Positions 62,231 to 64,000 of a stretch of DNA of 64,000 nt are shown here, piece by piece. The stretch lies in contig NW_024055480.1 in the NCBI RefSeq assembly GCF_902713615.1, positions 1 to 64,000 on the forward strand. The letters are read 5' to 3'. This DNA is from Scyliorhinus canicula (lineage: Eukaryota). Made by a program: the position numbers and the translations under genes. Each line of letters starts with the position of its first letter. Position 1 is the stretch's first letter. Below the pieces are notes generated by a model. It had not been told where the DNA came from. It searched no databases and saw nothing but the letters and a program-made list of their open reading frames with translations.

Positions 62231-64000
62231 GGGTAATCCCTGCACCATTGAAACCTCAAACAACTAATACAAAATAACAATTTTGTCTTTTGACCTAAAC
62301 TAATTTTAAAAAACTAGAAATGATTCTGAATTGATGATCTATGTTACGTTTGTCAGGGTTTTCCTGTGTGCCCATGCAGAGGTTTTAAAGCTTCTCAGCT
62401 GTTTCTTCTCTCTCTACCCTGACGATGCTTACTCTGCCTGGGTTCAATTGCAAAGTCACTAATTTCTCTCTCTGTCCATGATACTGAATATTCATTGTTT
62501 TTTGAATGATAATGCACAGAGGGGAACCATTTGGCTCATCATATCGGCTAGCAGTGTCCGAACCTGATAGAGTTTAATTGAATATTTCTACAGACCCCAC
62601 CTACGGCAGTGACTTTAGTAACAAAGGGCCAAGGAAGGATTCCGGTGTGTTCAGCGTGGGTGAATTGTGGAATTACAAAGAAAAGATATTGATATCCTGA
62701 ATCTTCAGAATTATCACTTGACTGGGATGTTTCAGCATGAAAAACTCCCATGTACTTGTCAGAGGCCATATCCAATGGACCTGTTAAAGCCAAACCATTG
62801 TTGGACTGGGCTGGGCTTTAGGTGATTAGGTCTCGGTTTTGTTAACAAGGTCTGTACCAGACTGGAGCTGTGTGCTTGATTTCCCCATAATAGTTGAAGT
62901 ATCCTTAGGAAATACACACAATGACAGTTGTCCTACAACAGGGCAGCACGGTAGCATAGTGGTTAGCATAGTTGTTTCACAGCTCCAGGATCCCAGGTTC
63001 GATTCCCGGCTTGGGTCACTGTCTGTGCAGAGTCTGCACGTTCTCCCCGTGTCTGCGTGGGTTTCGTCCGGGTGCTCCGGGTCCTCCCACAGTCCAAAGA
63101 TGTGCAGGTTAGGTGGCTTAGCTATGCTAAATTGCCCTTAGTGTGCAAAAAGTTGGGTGAGGCTACTGGGTTACGGGAGGGTGGAGGTGAGGGCTTGGGT
63201 AGTGTGCCCTTTCCAAGAGCCGCTGCAGACGTGAGGGGCCAAACGGCCTTCTTCTGCACTGTTAATTCAATGATTCTATGAAATTTGATATTGTAGTGAT
63301 CACAGCCCCTCAAACAGTTACTGACAGAATTATTATGTATTCCGAAAGCTGCTTTGATTCTAGCTTCCATAGTGAAAACCTACCTCTCTGGGAGAAAGAA
63401 ACACAGCTTCTCCACAGCAGAAAGGAAATCACTCGCCCACCACTCCAATCCATAAATGATTTTGGATAATGCTGGTAAGTGTCCAGGGCAAACTTCTATT
63501 GGTAAGGTGAAGGGACATCAGCAGGATTTAGTGAAGAAGGTAAAAGCCAGGCAAATTGACTCACCAGGAAAGCTGTTCTGGAGGAGATTCAATGGGATCC
63601 ACCGAAAACACAAGATTGGCACCCCACCCAAAACAAAATCAATGGCATCGGTACGACAGACTCCAGCTAAACCTCAGTTAACAACATGTCAGGACAGTGA
63701 CCCTGATGTGACTATGATCAAAGATGCCGTACACCACAGCAAAGACTTTCCCTCATAGCAGGTCAGGACTCAGTCTTCCTACTTGATGAGAGTTTCTAGC
63801 ACAAGGTTGGTTTAAATTTGACTTTGGTCACATTTTAATGGCTTAGAAAAGAACCAGTATTGTTGATAGATCGAAGCAGGCCATTTTACTCTTTTTGAGT
63901 CCATAATATTTTATGTAATTACTATCGGTGGCTGAGGATGCACCAGAATGTCCATCAGCACCTGAATCGGTGTCTCATTCTGGTGAGATGGTCAGAAGTT

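Noticed and set aside
61821-62267. Overlapping 120-130 aa ORFs on both strands
   Set aside because: GC-rich promoter/5' UTR sequence with few stops; no recognisable protein motif.

Overview
Cartilaginous-fish (shark) immune-receptor DNA, repeat-rich, with one 100-N assembly gap at 8933-9032; the taxon is inferred from gene and SINE/CR1 content. (1) 1-14915 is a near-perfect inverted duplication (x maps to about 14916-x) across the gap. IgM heavy-chain constant exons CH1-CH3 sit on both arms, head-to-head. The right copy continues through CH4/secretory tail, TM1 and TM2. No VH/D/JH is visible. (2) A second, stop-containing copy of TM1/TM2 lies at 37.1-37.4 kb, beyond an LTR-like element and an L1-clade LINE. 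(3) An intact two-exon GPR139/142-like GPCR is on the minus strand. (4) A complete NAR-TCR-type cassette is on the minus strand: leader, IgNAR-like V, D (12/12 RSS), J (23 RSS) and a leaderless supporting TCR-delta V. The cassette looks damaged: the NAR V heptamer is CATAGTG, and the delta V has lost both canonical cysteines. (5) The most striking feature is the RSS of that delta V, amplified into a tandem array of 11 complete 23-spacer RSSs (61-bp period, 44048-44696) and enclosed by an inverted repeat pair. (6) A degenerate C2H2 zinc-finger gene with a CpG-rich promoter lies near the right end. An AGCT-rich 29-bp minisatellite built from a SINE head, and an octamer/E-box cluster, sit just upstream of CH1.
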